A stretch of DNA of 16,225 nt from an uncultured Deinococcales bacterium (lineage in GTDB: Bacteria > Deinococcota > Deinococci > Deinococcales > JAAFIG01): assembly GCA_964247135.1 (NCBI GenBank), contig CAXTTL010000012.1, positions 1 through 16,225 of the forward strand, in the 5' to 3' direction. A program made the position numbers and the translations under genes. How positions within the stretch are numbered: the stretch's first letter is position 1; each line of letters opens with the position of its first letter. The notes under the pieces are model-generated. The model saw only the letters and a program-made list of their open reading frames with translations, did not search any database and was not told the DNA's origin. This document shows, one piece after another, positions 1 to 10,995 of this stretch.

Positions 1-144
1 AGCACCTTTATTGGGGTATCTGCTATTGCCTGGATGGAAGGTGAGGGGACAATCCGAGTTTATGTTGAGAAAAACGGAGTCATGTGCGACGAAAAAATCG
101 TCTCTGGCAAAGGAAAATTCCGTGCCGAAGCGAGTTGCAAATAA
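1..144 (+). CDS. 3' end of a hypothetical protein (5'-truncated by window)
   Basis: Frame 1 is open from base 1 to TAA at 142-144 (STFIGVSAIAWMEGEGTIRVYVEKNGVMCDEKIVSGKGKFRAEASCK*). It converges on the hom stop with a 26-nt gap. Not in the ORF track. Confidence 0.55.
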   Translation, partial: STFIGVSAIAWMEGEGTIRVYVEKNGVMCDEKIVSGKGKFRAEASCK

Positions 145-170
145 AGTTTCTCGAGCATTTTTGCTAAATT

Positions 171-1187
171 CTAAATTTCTTCAAACACTTCGGCGTTAAA
201 CCCAACAGGCACTTTGGTCACTTCAGGGCGCGGTTTGTGCCCACTGACACCCGCCAAGTGGTCGATCAAATCCCCAATCACGGCGCTGGCGGTCACCATG
301 CCGCCAGCCCCGCCACCTTGAACAATGACCGTGCCGCAGGCGTCTCCGTTAAAAAGCATGGTGTTACGGCTCGAGGCGGATTGCGCGAGTGGATGGTCTG
401 CCTCGAGAATCACGGGGCGGACTTTGGCTTGCCATTCAGAACCGTTTGGCACGATGCTGCCGACCAATTTCACACGTTTGCCGTTTTTCACGGCGGTCTG
501 CACGCGTTCGCTTGAGAGTCCTTCGATGCCTTTGACCTCGAGTTTTTCAAAAGCGAAATCTGGGTCTACGGTCATTCTTGCCAGGACACAAAGTTTGTGT
601 GCGGCGTCAAAACCGCCAACATCCAGGGTTGGTGGGTCTTCGGCATAACCCAATTCCTGGGCTTCAGATAGCGCAGAGTCGTAACTTGCGCCAGCCTCCA
701 TGCGGGTCAGAATATAATTGCAAGTTCCAGATAAAATCGCGTGAAGCTCGAGCGTGTCCGAGCTTCGAAGCGTGCCGCAAATTGGTCCAATCACGGGCGT
801 TCCTGCCATGACTGAACTCTCGAAGTAGAGTTGACCGTTTTCGGCATACGGTTTTAGGGCATCCCAACGTTCGGCGAGCACGGCTTTGTTGGCGGTGACA
901 ATTGGTTTGCCCGCTTTGAGCTGCGGCAGCATGAACTCGAGAACTTTGGTCGTGCCGCCTATCAAAGCCAGAATGATATCGGCTTGCTCGAGCACGGCTG
1001 GGTCGTCGGAAAACGTCACATTTGGGTATTCAAAATCCCTGGTTTTGCTGGGGTCGCGCACCAAAACGGGGGAGAGGTGAAGATCAAAACCCATGTGCTC
1101 AAAAAGAGCTTTTCGTTTCCAGAGCAAGGACAGGGCGCTGCTGCCCACCGTCCCGCCGCCGATGATGCCAATGTTCAAACGCTTCAT
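171..1187 (-). CDS. hom: Homoserine dehydrogenase, short form without ACT domain
   Basis: GGGTVG Rossmann motif, VTANKA, ESSVMAGTP, SGTCNYIL, AQELGYAEDPPTLDVGGFDAAHK, GGGAGG; 338 aa. Confidence 0.95.
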   Translation of the reverse strand: MKRLNIGIIGGGTVGSSALSLLWKRKALFEHMGFDLHLSPVLVRDPSKTRDFEYPNVTFSDDPAVLEQADIILALIGGTTKVLEFMLPQLKAGKPIVTANKAVLAERWDALKPYAENGQLYFESSVMAGTPVIGPICGTLRSSDTLELHAILSGTCNYILTRMEAGASYDSALSEAQELGYAEDPPTLDVGGFDAAHKLCVLARMTVDPDFAFEKLEVKGIEGLSSERVQTAVKNGKRVKLVGSIVPNGSEWQAKVRPVILEADHPLAQSASSRNTMLFNGDACGTVIVQGGGAGGMVTASAVIGDLIDHLAGVSGHKPRPEVTKVPVGFNAEVFEEI

Positions 1188-1193
1188 GGCTCG

Positions 1194-1199
1194 AGTATA
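1194..1199 (-). promoter_or_regulatory. -10 box TATACT 6 nt before hom ATG (leaderless promoter)
   Basis: Minus strand reads TATACT-cgagcc-ATG; no Shine-Dalgarno. Confidence 0.75.
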
Positions 1200-1203
1200 C
1201 CCG

Positions 1204-1215
1204 TTGGTATACCAA
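1204..1215. promoter_or_regulatory. Perfect palindrome TTGGTATACCAA, candidate GntR/FadR-subfamily operator
   Basis: 12-bp palindrome just upstream of the hom -10 box in the hom/mog divergent spacer; overlaps a second inverted repeat GTATACC-N4-GGTATAC (1195-1212). Confidence 0.45.
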
Positions 1216-1262
1216 AATTAAAGTTTTGAACGAATTGAACTCGGCAATATTCAAACTCGAGA

Positions 1263-1268
1263 TAGACT
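1263..1268 (+). promoter_or_regulatory. -10 box TAGACT 6 nt before ATG 1275 (leaderless promoter)
   Basis: TAGACT-gaacct-ATG. Confidence 0.7.
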
Positions 1269-1274
1269 GAACCT

Positions 1275-1718
1275 ATGATTGATTACGGTGTGCTCTGCAT
1301 TGAAGACCAAAGCGAAGGACTGGCAGCCGTGCGCAAAATGCTGCCCGAGCCTCAATTTAAAGAAGTGATGCTCGAGTCGGTGCCAGACGAAAACGCTTCG
1401 ATCAGGCGGGTGCTGCGAACGATGGTCGAAATGCGAGCATTGCCCTTGGTTTTAACCATTGGCGGTTCGGGCGTTGGCATTCGTGAACGCGTGCCAGAAA
1501 TCACGCTCGAGATCATTGAACGCCAAATTCCTGGCATTGCCGAACTGGCGCGGCTGGCAGGCATTCAAAAATCGCGTCGCGCGGCATTGTGGCGCGGTGT
1601 GGCGGGCTTTAAGGGCAAAACCTTGGTCATCAACCTGCCAGATTGGGAAACGGCGGTCGCTATCGAAGCAATAGCGTCGGTACTGCCGATCACCATCAAG
1701 AACCTCAACGGATTATGA
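1275..1718 (+). CDS. MogA/MoaB-family molybdopterin-binding protein (divergent)
   Basis: VPDE, LVLTIGGSGVGIRERVPE (family TTGGTG..RD.TPE), IPGIAE, RGVAG and LVINLP motifs; stop overlaps the next start (ATGA). Confidence 0.75.
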   Translation: MIDYGVLCIEDQSEGLAAVRKMLPEPQFKEVMLESVPDENASIRRVLRTMVEMRALPLVLTIGGSGVGIRERVPEITLEIIERQIPGIAELARLAGIQKSRRAALWRGVAGFKGKTLVINLPDWETAVAIEAIASVLPITIKNLNGL

Positions 1719-2887
1719 AATCAGTCACTTCTGCCCGAGCCGCCAGCATTCCCAAAAATGTTTTTCTGGCGATGGATCAAGCCAAAGCCAAGGCTCGAGA
1801 TGGCGGTCTGGAGGTGATCGACCTTTCAATCGGCTCGAGCGACCTTGCAGCCCCGTCTGAAGCCTTGCTGGAGCTATCTGTTGCCGCGTTGGACCCAAGC
1901 ACAATGGGTTACGGACTGTATCAATCCAGTTTGCCTTTCCGAGACGCCGCCAGCACTTGGATGAACTCGAGGTTTGACTTGAAGCTCAAACCTCAACATG
2001 TTCTCAGCTTGATCGGTTCGCAAGAAGGGCTGGCGCATCTGTTGTTGGCACTCACCGACCCTGGCGACACGATTCTCGCACCAGACCCAGCCTATCCAAG
2101 CTATTTTGGGGCGTTCGCCTTGGCGGGAGTGCAGCCGTTTTACCTGCCGCTCGAGCCAGAAAACGGCTTTTTACCAGATTTCTCAGGCATCCCCGTGAAC
2201 GTTGCTCGAGACGCGAAGTTGATGGTTTTGAATTACCCGAACAATCCAACGGCTGGCGTGGCGTCGCTTGGGTTCTGGCATGAAACACTCGAGTTTTGCA
2301 AGAACCACAATGTTTTACTGATCCACGACGCGCCGTACACCGAAATGACCTTTGGAAATTATCTTGCCCCGAGCGCCCTGCAAGCCGACCCGAACCTTGA
2401 GCGCACCATCGAGCTTCACAGTTTCTCCAAAACCCACCACATGGCAGGATTGCGGATTGGATTCGCTGCTGGCAACCTCGAGATGCTTGATGCGCTGGCA
2501 CAAACCAAAGGCGTGATCGACTTTAACCAGTACCTCGGCATTCAACGCGCCGCCATCAAAGCGCTCGAATCTGATCCAGCTCGAGTTCGGGCTAATGCCC
2601 AAACGTTTCAAGATCGCCGTGATGCGCTGCTGACGGCACTGCGAAAAATCGGTTGGAACGTGCCAACGCCACAAGCCTCGATGTACGTTTGGGCACAATT
2701 GCCAAGCCAGACCAACTCGTTTGAGTTCTGCGAACAACTCTGCGCTCAAACAGGGGTTGCCCTCGCGCCAGGCAGGGCGTTTGGACTTCAAGGCGAAGGT
2801 TGGCTGCGATTTGCCCTGGTGCGACCGCCCGCAAAGCTCAAAGAAGCCGTTCTGAGGCTCGAGAAATACCTCAAAACCTTGTCGTGA
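1715..2887 (+). CDS. PLP-dependent class I/II aminotransferase (LL-diaminopimelate aminotransferase/AlaC-like subgroup)
   Basis: IDLSIG, GSQEGL, DPAYPSY, LNYPNNPT, HDAPY, HSFSKT (PLP lysine), GLRIG, GEGWLRFAL. Start moved to ATG 1715, which overlaps the upstream TGA. Confidence 0.9.
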   Translation: MKSVTSARAASIPKNVFLAMDQAKAKARDGGLEVIDLSIGSSDLAAPSEALLELSVAALDPSTMGYGLYQSSLPFRDAASTWMNSRFDLKLKPQHVLSLIGSQEGLAHLLLALTDPGDTILAPDPAYPSYFGAFALAGVQPFYLPLEPENGFLPDFSGIPVNVARDAKLMVLNYPNNPTAGVASLGFWHETLEFCKNHNVLLIHDAPYTEMTFGNYLAPSALQADPNLERTIELHSFSKTHHMAGLRIGFAAGNLEMLDALAQTKGVIDFNQYLGIQRAAIKALESDPARVRANAQTFQDRRDALLTALRKIGWNVPTPQASMYVWAQLPSQTNSFEFCEQLCAQTGVALAPGRAFGLQGEGWLRFALVRPPAKLKEAVLRLEKYLKTLS

Positions 2888-2989
2888 ATCTCGAGAAAAC
2901 GTGTATGGAAGGGTGAACACAAGGTGCGCCCCGTCCCGACTGGCTTGCCTGGAGTTTAAAACTGACTTTCCCTAAAGCCAAACGGCGCG

Positions 2990-2995
2990 TATACT
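2990..2995 (+). promoter_or_regulatory. -10 box TATACT 7 nt before greA ATG
   Basis: TATACT-gaacccg-ATG; no SD. Confidence 0.7.
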
Positions 2996-3002
2996 GAACC
3001 CG

Positions 3003-3464
3003 ATGAGCACCAATAAAGTCCGTTTAACCGCCAAAGGCTATCAAAAACTCAAAGAAGAACTCGAGCATCTTCAAACCGTCGAGCGCGACAAAATCAGCGC
3101 CTTCATGGCAGATGTCATGAGTGAGGGCGACATCAGCGAAAACTCTGGTTACGACGACGCCCGCGCCAAAATGGGGGCGCTCGAGAGTCGGATTTTTGAA
3201 CTCGAGGGTGTGCTGTCACGCGCCGAAATTGCCGACGAGGATGAGGGCATCGACGTGGTTGGCATCAGCGCCACCGTCAAACTCGACACGGTGCTGGGTG
3301 GACGCGACGAATTCACTATTGTCAGCACCCACGAAGTTGATCCAAAAGCGGGGCGCATCAGCGACGAAAGTCCGATGGGCATGGCATTGATGGGACGCAA
3401 GGCAGGCAATACGGTGACGGTCAACGGGCGCAAGCTCAAGATTTTAGCCATTCGCTTTGAATAA
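3003..3464 (+). CDS. greA: Transcription elongation factor GreA
   Basis: LTAKGYQKLKEELEHL coiled coil, EGDISENSGYDDA tip with both acidic residues, ISDESPMGMALMG C-terminal motif. Confidence 0.9.
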   Translation: MSTNKVRLTAKGYQKLKEELEHLQTVERDKISAFMADVMSEGDISENSGYDDARAKMGALESRIFELEGVLSRAEIADEDEGIDVVGISATVKLDTVLGGRDEFTIVSTHEVDPKAGRISDESPMGMALMGRKAGNTVTVNGRKLKILAIRFE

Positions 3465-3485
3465 ACCAAACATTATCAAAAGCAT

Positions 3486-3515
3486 GAGGCTCGAGCGCTT
3501 AAACGCTCGAGCCTC
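3486..3515. terminator. Probable bidirectional terminator hairpin between convergent greA and DUF59 genes
   Basis: Perfect 12-bp stem GAGGCTCGAGCG/CGCTCGAGCCTC, loop CTTAAA; weak U tracts on both strands. Confidence 0.7.
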
Positions 3516-3529
3516 CTTGTTGTACATCC

Positions 3530-3910
3530 TTAAACGCTAAACCCAAACATCCGCATTTGGCGCTTGCCGTCTTCGGACATTTTGTTGGTCGTCCACGGTG
3601 GCGTCCAGACAAAATCGACGTTCACGGCTTTGACACCCTCCAGGCGCATGACCGCAAGTTCGACATCGGCACGAATCATGTCTTGAACGGGGCAACCGAC
3701 GCTGGTCAGGGTCATTTCGATGTCCACGATGCCGTCACTCGAGACATCGCACTTGTAAACCAGTCCAAGGTCCACGATGTTGACCGGAATTTCTGGGTCT
3801 TTGACGATTTTCATTGCCTCGAGCACAATGTCAGCACCAGGAATGCCAGCTTCGCCACCCGAAGCAATTTCGCTGGCTGGCGGTAAGACGACAGCAGTTT
3901 CTTCGCTCAT
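3530..3910 (-). CDS. DUF59/SufT-like Fe-S (metal-sulfur) cluster assembly protein
   Basis: VKDPEIPVNIVDLGLVY, MTLTSVGCP, VWTPPWT..MSE motifs; ATGA overlap with the upstream rhodanese. Confidence 0.9.
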   Translation of the reverse strand: MSEETAVVLPPASEIASGGEAGIPGADIVLEAMKIVKDPEIPVNIVDLGLVYKCDVSSDGIVDIEMTLTSVGCPVQDMIRADVELAVMRLEGVKAVNVDFVWTPPWTTNKMSEDGKRQMRMFGFSV

Positions 3911-4224
3911 GATGCACCTCCAAATTCGACTGGCAACCCTTCGGCGTGCCAGGCTTTGATGCCACCCTCGAGGTTGGTCAGTTTAAAACCGTGCTGGGCG
4001 GCGAACTGCGCGGCTTGGGCGCTGCGGACGCCGCCGGCGCACATCAAAACAATTTCTTGATCTTTGGGCATTTCCGTGTAACGGCTGGCAAACTCTGAAA
4101 GTGGAATCAGGGTTGCGCCAGGAATTCGAGCCTCTTCGAATTCATTTTGTTCGCGCACGTCGATGAGGACGGCACCATTTTCAAGGCGGGCTTTGGCGGT
4201 CAGCGGATCAACTCGGTCAAACAT
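3907..4224 (-). CDS. Single-domain rhodanese (sulfurtransferase)
   Basis: LIDVRE..EF..ARIPGA, active loop CAGGVRS, NLEGGIKAW; TACAAT (4236-4231) 6 nt before ATG. Confidence 0.9.
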   Translation of the reverse strand: MFDRVDPLTAKARLENGAVLIDVREQNEFEEARIPGATLIPLSEFASRYTEMPKDQEIVLMCAGGVRSAQAAQFAAQHGFKLTNLEGGIKAWHAEGLPVEFGGAS

Positions 4225-4316
4225 GCGAACATTGTACCTCGAGAGTCTTGGGTCGTTTGTAGCCTTCGCGTCGTGCGGACAACTGACAGGTTTTGTAAAA
4301 GCATTAGAATGAACGC

Positions 4317-4817
4317 GTGAACCGTTTTACACCCGCCCAAATTCCCGAAAATGCCATTTTGATCGATGTACGTGACGAACTCGAGGCGATGGCATCACCG
4401 CTTGCGGCGCTGGCAGGACGGCGCAGTATCATTCGAGCACCACTGACCGACCTCGAGGATGGTGTAACACCAGAAATTCCAAGCGACGCGCAGGTGGTTG
4501 TCGTTTGTGGCAATGGCTCAAAAAGTGAACTTGCCGGCGCGTATTTGCAATCTGCCGGCGCGAGCAACATTAACGTCCTCGAGGGTGGTTTTCGCGCTTG
4601 GAAGCGAGAATTTGAGGGCGAGCAGACGCTCGAGTTTCGCGTTTCAGAAATCGATAACATCCGAGATGCGCTGAGCTTGCAAAGCAAACTCGAGTTGCTG
4701 CCAGGGGTTCGCATGGCGGGAATCGCCAGCGATGGTTTAGCCGTCGTCAGAGGCATCGTGACGCTCGAGCAACTGAAATTGCAATTGAATCTGCTTGGCT
4801 TCTCGCTCGAGGTATGA
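4317..4817 (+). CDS. Rhodanese-domain protein with a C-terminal HMA-like domain
   Basis: LIDVRD, CGNGSKS loop, LEGGFRAW. The last ~65 aa (TLEFRVSEI...LELLPGV...LNLLGF) resemble an HMA fold without CxxC. TAGAAT (4305-4310) 6 nt before GTG. Confidence 0.8.
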   Translation: MNRFTPAQIPENAILIDVRDELEAMASPLAALAGRRSIIRAPLTDLEDGVTPEIPSDAQVVVVCGNGSKSELAGAYLQSAGASNINVLEGGFRAWKREFEGEQTLEFRVSEIDNIRDALSLQSKLELLPGVRMAGIASDGLAVVRGIVTLEQLKLQLNLLGFSLEV

Positions 4818-4837
4818 CCATGTTTGAGGCTTGAGCC

Positions 4838-5755
4838 TCAACGCTTGTTTCGTTCAAGCAAGAACTCGAGATTGTACTTGAATCCTTCCAGTAAACCCCA
4901 TTCTTGCCATTCCTCAGGAATTGCAACTTGCTCGAGACCATCGTGTGAGTTGACGGTTTTCCCGAGGTTTAGCATCTGATGAAGGTACTTTTGCATGTCG
5001 GCAATCAAGTGACGGTCACTGGGTTTCCCGTGTCCTGGCAGAATCGTTTTGAATTTGAGCGACTCGAGTTTGGAAAGCGTCTCAACCCAGACTTCAGGAA
5101 TTCCATGACCCATAAAACCGAGATGTTTTTCGAGCACCAAATCGCCCGCAAAAAGGATTTCGTTATCGATCAGCATCACCGAATCCGAACCCGTGTGACC
5201 AGCAAACTCGAGGACTGTGGCACTGCGTTTGGAGCCGTGAAGCTCGAGTTGATGATCGAATGTGATGGTCGAAAAAGTGGGTTCCAGGGTTTTGACAATC
5301 TCGAGTTCGGATTCAAGTTCGCGCACCTGAGCCTCAAGAATTTTGGCTTTTAAAGGTTCAGTCTCGAGCGCCAGATTTGCCTGGGTTTTCTCGAGCATGA
5401 CGGGAAAATCGTCCGCTTCAGACTGAAACCGTGCCATTCTTTCCTGCATTAATCCTCGGGTGATGACGCTCGAGACGATTTGAGTATCCGCAAAAACTTG
5501 GTTACCTCTGGTGTGATCCAAGTGATGGTGCGAATTGACCAGCACTGAAACGGGTTTGCCCGTGAGTTCTTCGGCGGCGCGACGCAAATCTGATGCCGCA
5601 GATTCTGATGCCATTGAATCCCAAACCAAGGTAAAATTGCCAAAATCGACGATTCCCGCATTCGATACTGTAAAACCAGCATCGCTCGAGATGGCGGCAA
5701 AAACACCGTCGGTTGGTCGCTCGAGTCGAAAATACTTGGATTCAAACGAAGTCAT
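4838..5755 (-). CDS. Metallo-beta-lactamase-fold hydrolase
   Basis: SNAGIV, NSHHHLDHTRGN (HxHxDH), GHTGSD, FAGDL, LPGHG; TAGAAT (5767-5762) 6 nt before ATG. Confidence 0.9.
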   Translation of the reverse strand: MTSFESKYFRLERPTDGVFAAISSDAGFTVSNAGIVDFGNFTLVWDSMASESAASDLRRAAEELTGKPVSVLVNSHHHLDHTRGNQVFADTQIVSSVITRGLMQERMARFQSEADDFPVMLEKTQANLALETEPLKAKILEAQVRELESELEIVKTLEPTFSTITFDHQLELHGSKRSATVLEFAGHTGSDSVMLIDNEILFAGDLVLEKHLGFMGHGIPEVWVETLSKLESLKFKTILPGHGKPSDRHLIADMQKYLHQMLNLGKTVNSHDGLEQVAIPEEWQEWGLLEGFKYNLEFLLERNKR

Positions 5756-5826
5756 AATGTCATTCTAACAAGCGGGTACGCACTTTGACGCGTCTCAAGT
5801 GACGTTTAAGAACGTAAACTGCTGCC

Positions 5827-6051
5827 ATGAAAAAAATTGACAAACACGGTGAACTCGAGCTTGAACCGTTTTCGTACCGCGCCACCAAAGACGGTTTGGT
5901 GTTCCTCGAGTTTCGCGGCGCAACCGTGAAAACCATTGCGGGAGAAAACGCCAAGAAATTCTTGAAGAAAGCCGGTTCGCTGGACGGACTCGAGTTGCAA
6001 CTGGTGCTGGCAAAATTGACGGGCAATTTCAAACACGGCAACGAAAAATAG
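5827..6051 (+). CDS. Small hypothetical protein (74 aa)
   Basis: Fills the gap between the MBL and GH2 genes; TAAACT (5815-5820) 6 nt before ATG; all three CTCGAG sites read Leu-Glu in this frame; ends AKLTGNFKHGNEK. Confidence 0.75.
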   Translation: MKKIDKHGELELEPFSYRATKDGLVFLEFRGATVKTIAGENAKKFLKKAGSLDGLELQLVLAKLTGNFKHGNEK

Positions 6052-6090
6052 CGAGACTCGATCCCGATTGGCATCGTATAGTACCCATAG

Positions 6091-9303
<3,213 letters not shown>

Positions 9304-9310
9304 AATTCTT

Positions 9311-9354
9311 CCTCTCATCCCCGACCCTTCTCTCCAAGGGGAGAAGGGAGTTTT
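9311..9354. terminator. Hairpin between convergent lacZ and alkD; terminator and/or REP-like palindrome
   Basis: Stem CCCTTCTCTC/GGGAGAAGGG (9325-9348, one G-U), loop CAAG, then AGTTTT; preceded by C-rich CCTCTCATCCCCGA. Confidence 0.6.
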
Positions 9355-10057
9355 ATTGTTCTACACGATGTATTCGAGATTTCTCGTTTCGCTCGAGTGC
9401 CTTCAAAGCTTCGCGTTTCGAGAGGCTCGAAAGCTCATGTTGATGCTCAAGTACGAAGTTTTTCACGGCTTCAGGGTTGACGTAAGAATATTCGCGCAAT
9501 GCCCAGCCGATGGCTTTGCGAATAAAGAATTCGCTGTCGTGCGCATTCTCGAGAATAAATTTGAAAAGTTTCGATTCGTCGGTTTTACTTTTCAATCCGA
9601 GTTGGTGCAAGATTGCCGCGCGGCGCAACCAGAAGTTCTCGGTTTGCGCCCAACGCTCGAGAATTGGGGTTGATTCAGGGTACTTCAAACCGATTGCACC
9701 CACGTTATGAACCAGCGAATCAACCGTGTCCCACCAGCTTTTTGTTAACACCAAACGCTCGAGCAAATCCAAATGCTGCAATTCCAGTTTTTTGCGGAAG
9801 CACTCGAGATAATCGCAAGCCACATACTGATACTCGCGTTCGGGAGATGCCCAAAGCTCGAGTACCAAAGTTTCGTCAAATGGTTTTTTCAGTGCGCCAG
9901 TCTCGAGAAATGCTGTTTTTGTAAGCAATTTTCGTTTGGGCGACACAATCCCCAGAAACGGAAATTGATTGCGCATGTAGGCACTCATGGCTTTGGCTCG
10001 GGCTTCATTGCGGTGCGGCTCGAGGGTATTTTGAATGTGTTGCAAGAGGTCAGACAT
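9353..10057 (-). CDS. AlkD-family DNA alkylation repair protein (HEAT-like repeat glycosylase)
   Basis: AMSAYMRNQFPFLG, LW..PEREYQY, KSWWDTVD, NFWLRRAAILHQL, EFFIRKAIGWALREY, LSKREALK. Confidence 0.9.
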   Translation of the reverse strand: MSDLLQHIQNTLEPHRNEARAKAMSAYMRNQFPFLGIVSPKRKLLTKTAFLETGALKKPFDETLVLELWASPEREYQYVACDYLECFRKKLELQHLDLLERLVLTKSWWDTVDSLVHNVGAIGLKYPESTPILERWAQTENFWLRRAAILHQLGLKSKTDESKLFKFILENAHDSEFFIRKAIGWALREYSYVNPEAVKNFVLEHQHELSSLSKREALKALERNEKSRIHRVEQ

Positions 10058-10090
10058 GTTTCCTCGAGGTTTTAAGATTGTTTGTTGGAT

Positions 10091-10516
10091 TCATTTTTTG
10101 GGGTTGAGGCTTTGTATTTGCAAACCTTCCACCGCCTCAAAATCTTTTACATTATGCGTGACCAGTACGAGATCATGCTCGAGGGCGGTGGCGGCGATCC
10201 AAGCATCACCTGGTGCAATGTGCCGTCCAACGCTCCGAACTTGCGCTTGTAATTTCGCCCAATACATGGCGGTTGTGTCGATTGGTTCTATTGTTGTGTA
10301 ATTGTCAAGATAATTCTCGAGATTTTGGAAACGTTTATTGCCCCATTTTCTTAGAAATGCGCCGTATTGCATCTCAGCAACAGTCTGTAAGGCTATAAAC
10401 CCTTGATGATCTTGTAACACTTTTCTGTAGTCACTTGCCAGCGAATGTTTGTTGTAAATGTAACTGAGTACGTCGGTGTCAATCAAAACAGGGTCTTTCA
10501 AAATGCTTGAATTCAT
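10091..10516 (-). CDS. PIN-domain (VapC-family) toxin
   Basis: VLIDTDVLS, TVAEMQYG, GDAWIAATALEHDLVLVTHNVKDF; start overlaps the upstream stop (ATGA). Confidence 0.9.
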   Translation of the reverse strand: MNSSILKDPVLIDTDVLSYIYNKHSLASDYRKVLQDHQGFIALQTVAEMQYGAFLRKWGNKRFQNLENYLDNYTTIEPIDTTAMYWAKLQAQVRSVGRHIAPGDAWIAATALEHDLVLVTHNVKDFEAVEGLQIQSLNPKK

Positions 10517-10956
10517 TTTTGTGGCTCGATCATCGCCTCAAGCAATTTGCGTTCTCGAGAACTAATTCCAGTTTTTAGAAATTCAGGACTTTCTTGACGC
10601 ATTTCCCGAATGGCTTTGTCAAATTCTTCGCGTTCCTTGGCGCTGATTCCTGAAGTGACCATGTTTTTAAAATTTAATGGTGGTTTTGCCTTTTTCAACA
10701 ATATCGCATGTTTAGGATTGACCACTCGAGATTGAGAATCCGTGTCCTCGATCAAGTCGCCCAGTTGTACGTTTTCGCCCGTTATGGTTTCAAGTCCTGC
10801 CAGCACCGCACTGACCGTATCCAAATCGATTCGTTTGCTTGGTTTTCGCGCCAGGGCATAGACCGTGTTTGGCGCAAGCTTGGAGACTTGCACCACACGG
10901 TAGGCGCTAATGTTGTGCTGTTCGAGGTATTTTCCGAGGTTGAATCTTAGGGTCAT
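10513..10956 (-). CDS. Cro/C1-type (XRE) HTH protein, putative antitoxin
   Basis: N-terminal LGKYLEQHNISAYRVVQVSKLAPNTVYALAR..RIDLDT HTH; charged helical C-terminal extension; coupled to the PIN gene; TAAACT (10968-10963) 6 nt before ATG. Confidence 0.75.
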   Translation of the reverse strand: MTLRFNLGKYLEQHNISAYRVVQVSKLAPNTVYALARKPSKRIDLDTVSAVLAGLETITGENVQLGDLIEDTDSQSRVVNPKHAILLKKAKPPLNFKNMVTSGISAKEREEFDKAIREMRQESPEFLKTGISSRERKLLEAMIEPQK

Positions 10957-10995
10957 GCTGCCAGTTTAGCATAGTATTAGCAATTGGCACCAATA

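Noticed and set aside
11-199. 62-aa plus-strand ORF from the track
   Set aside because: Overlaps the hom 3' end; frame 1 (1-144) is the better candidate.
1643-1714. N-terminal extensions in the ORF track (also 6112, 12105, 13886)
   Set aside because: Downstream ATGs fit coupling, SD position or family N-termini better.
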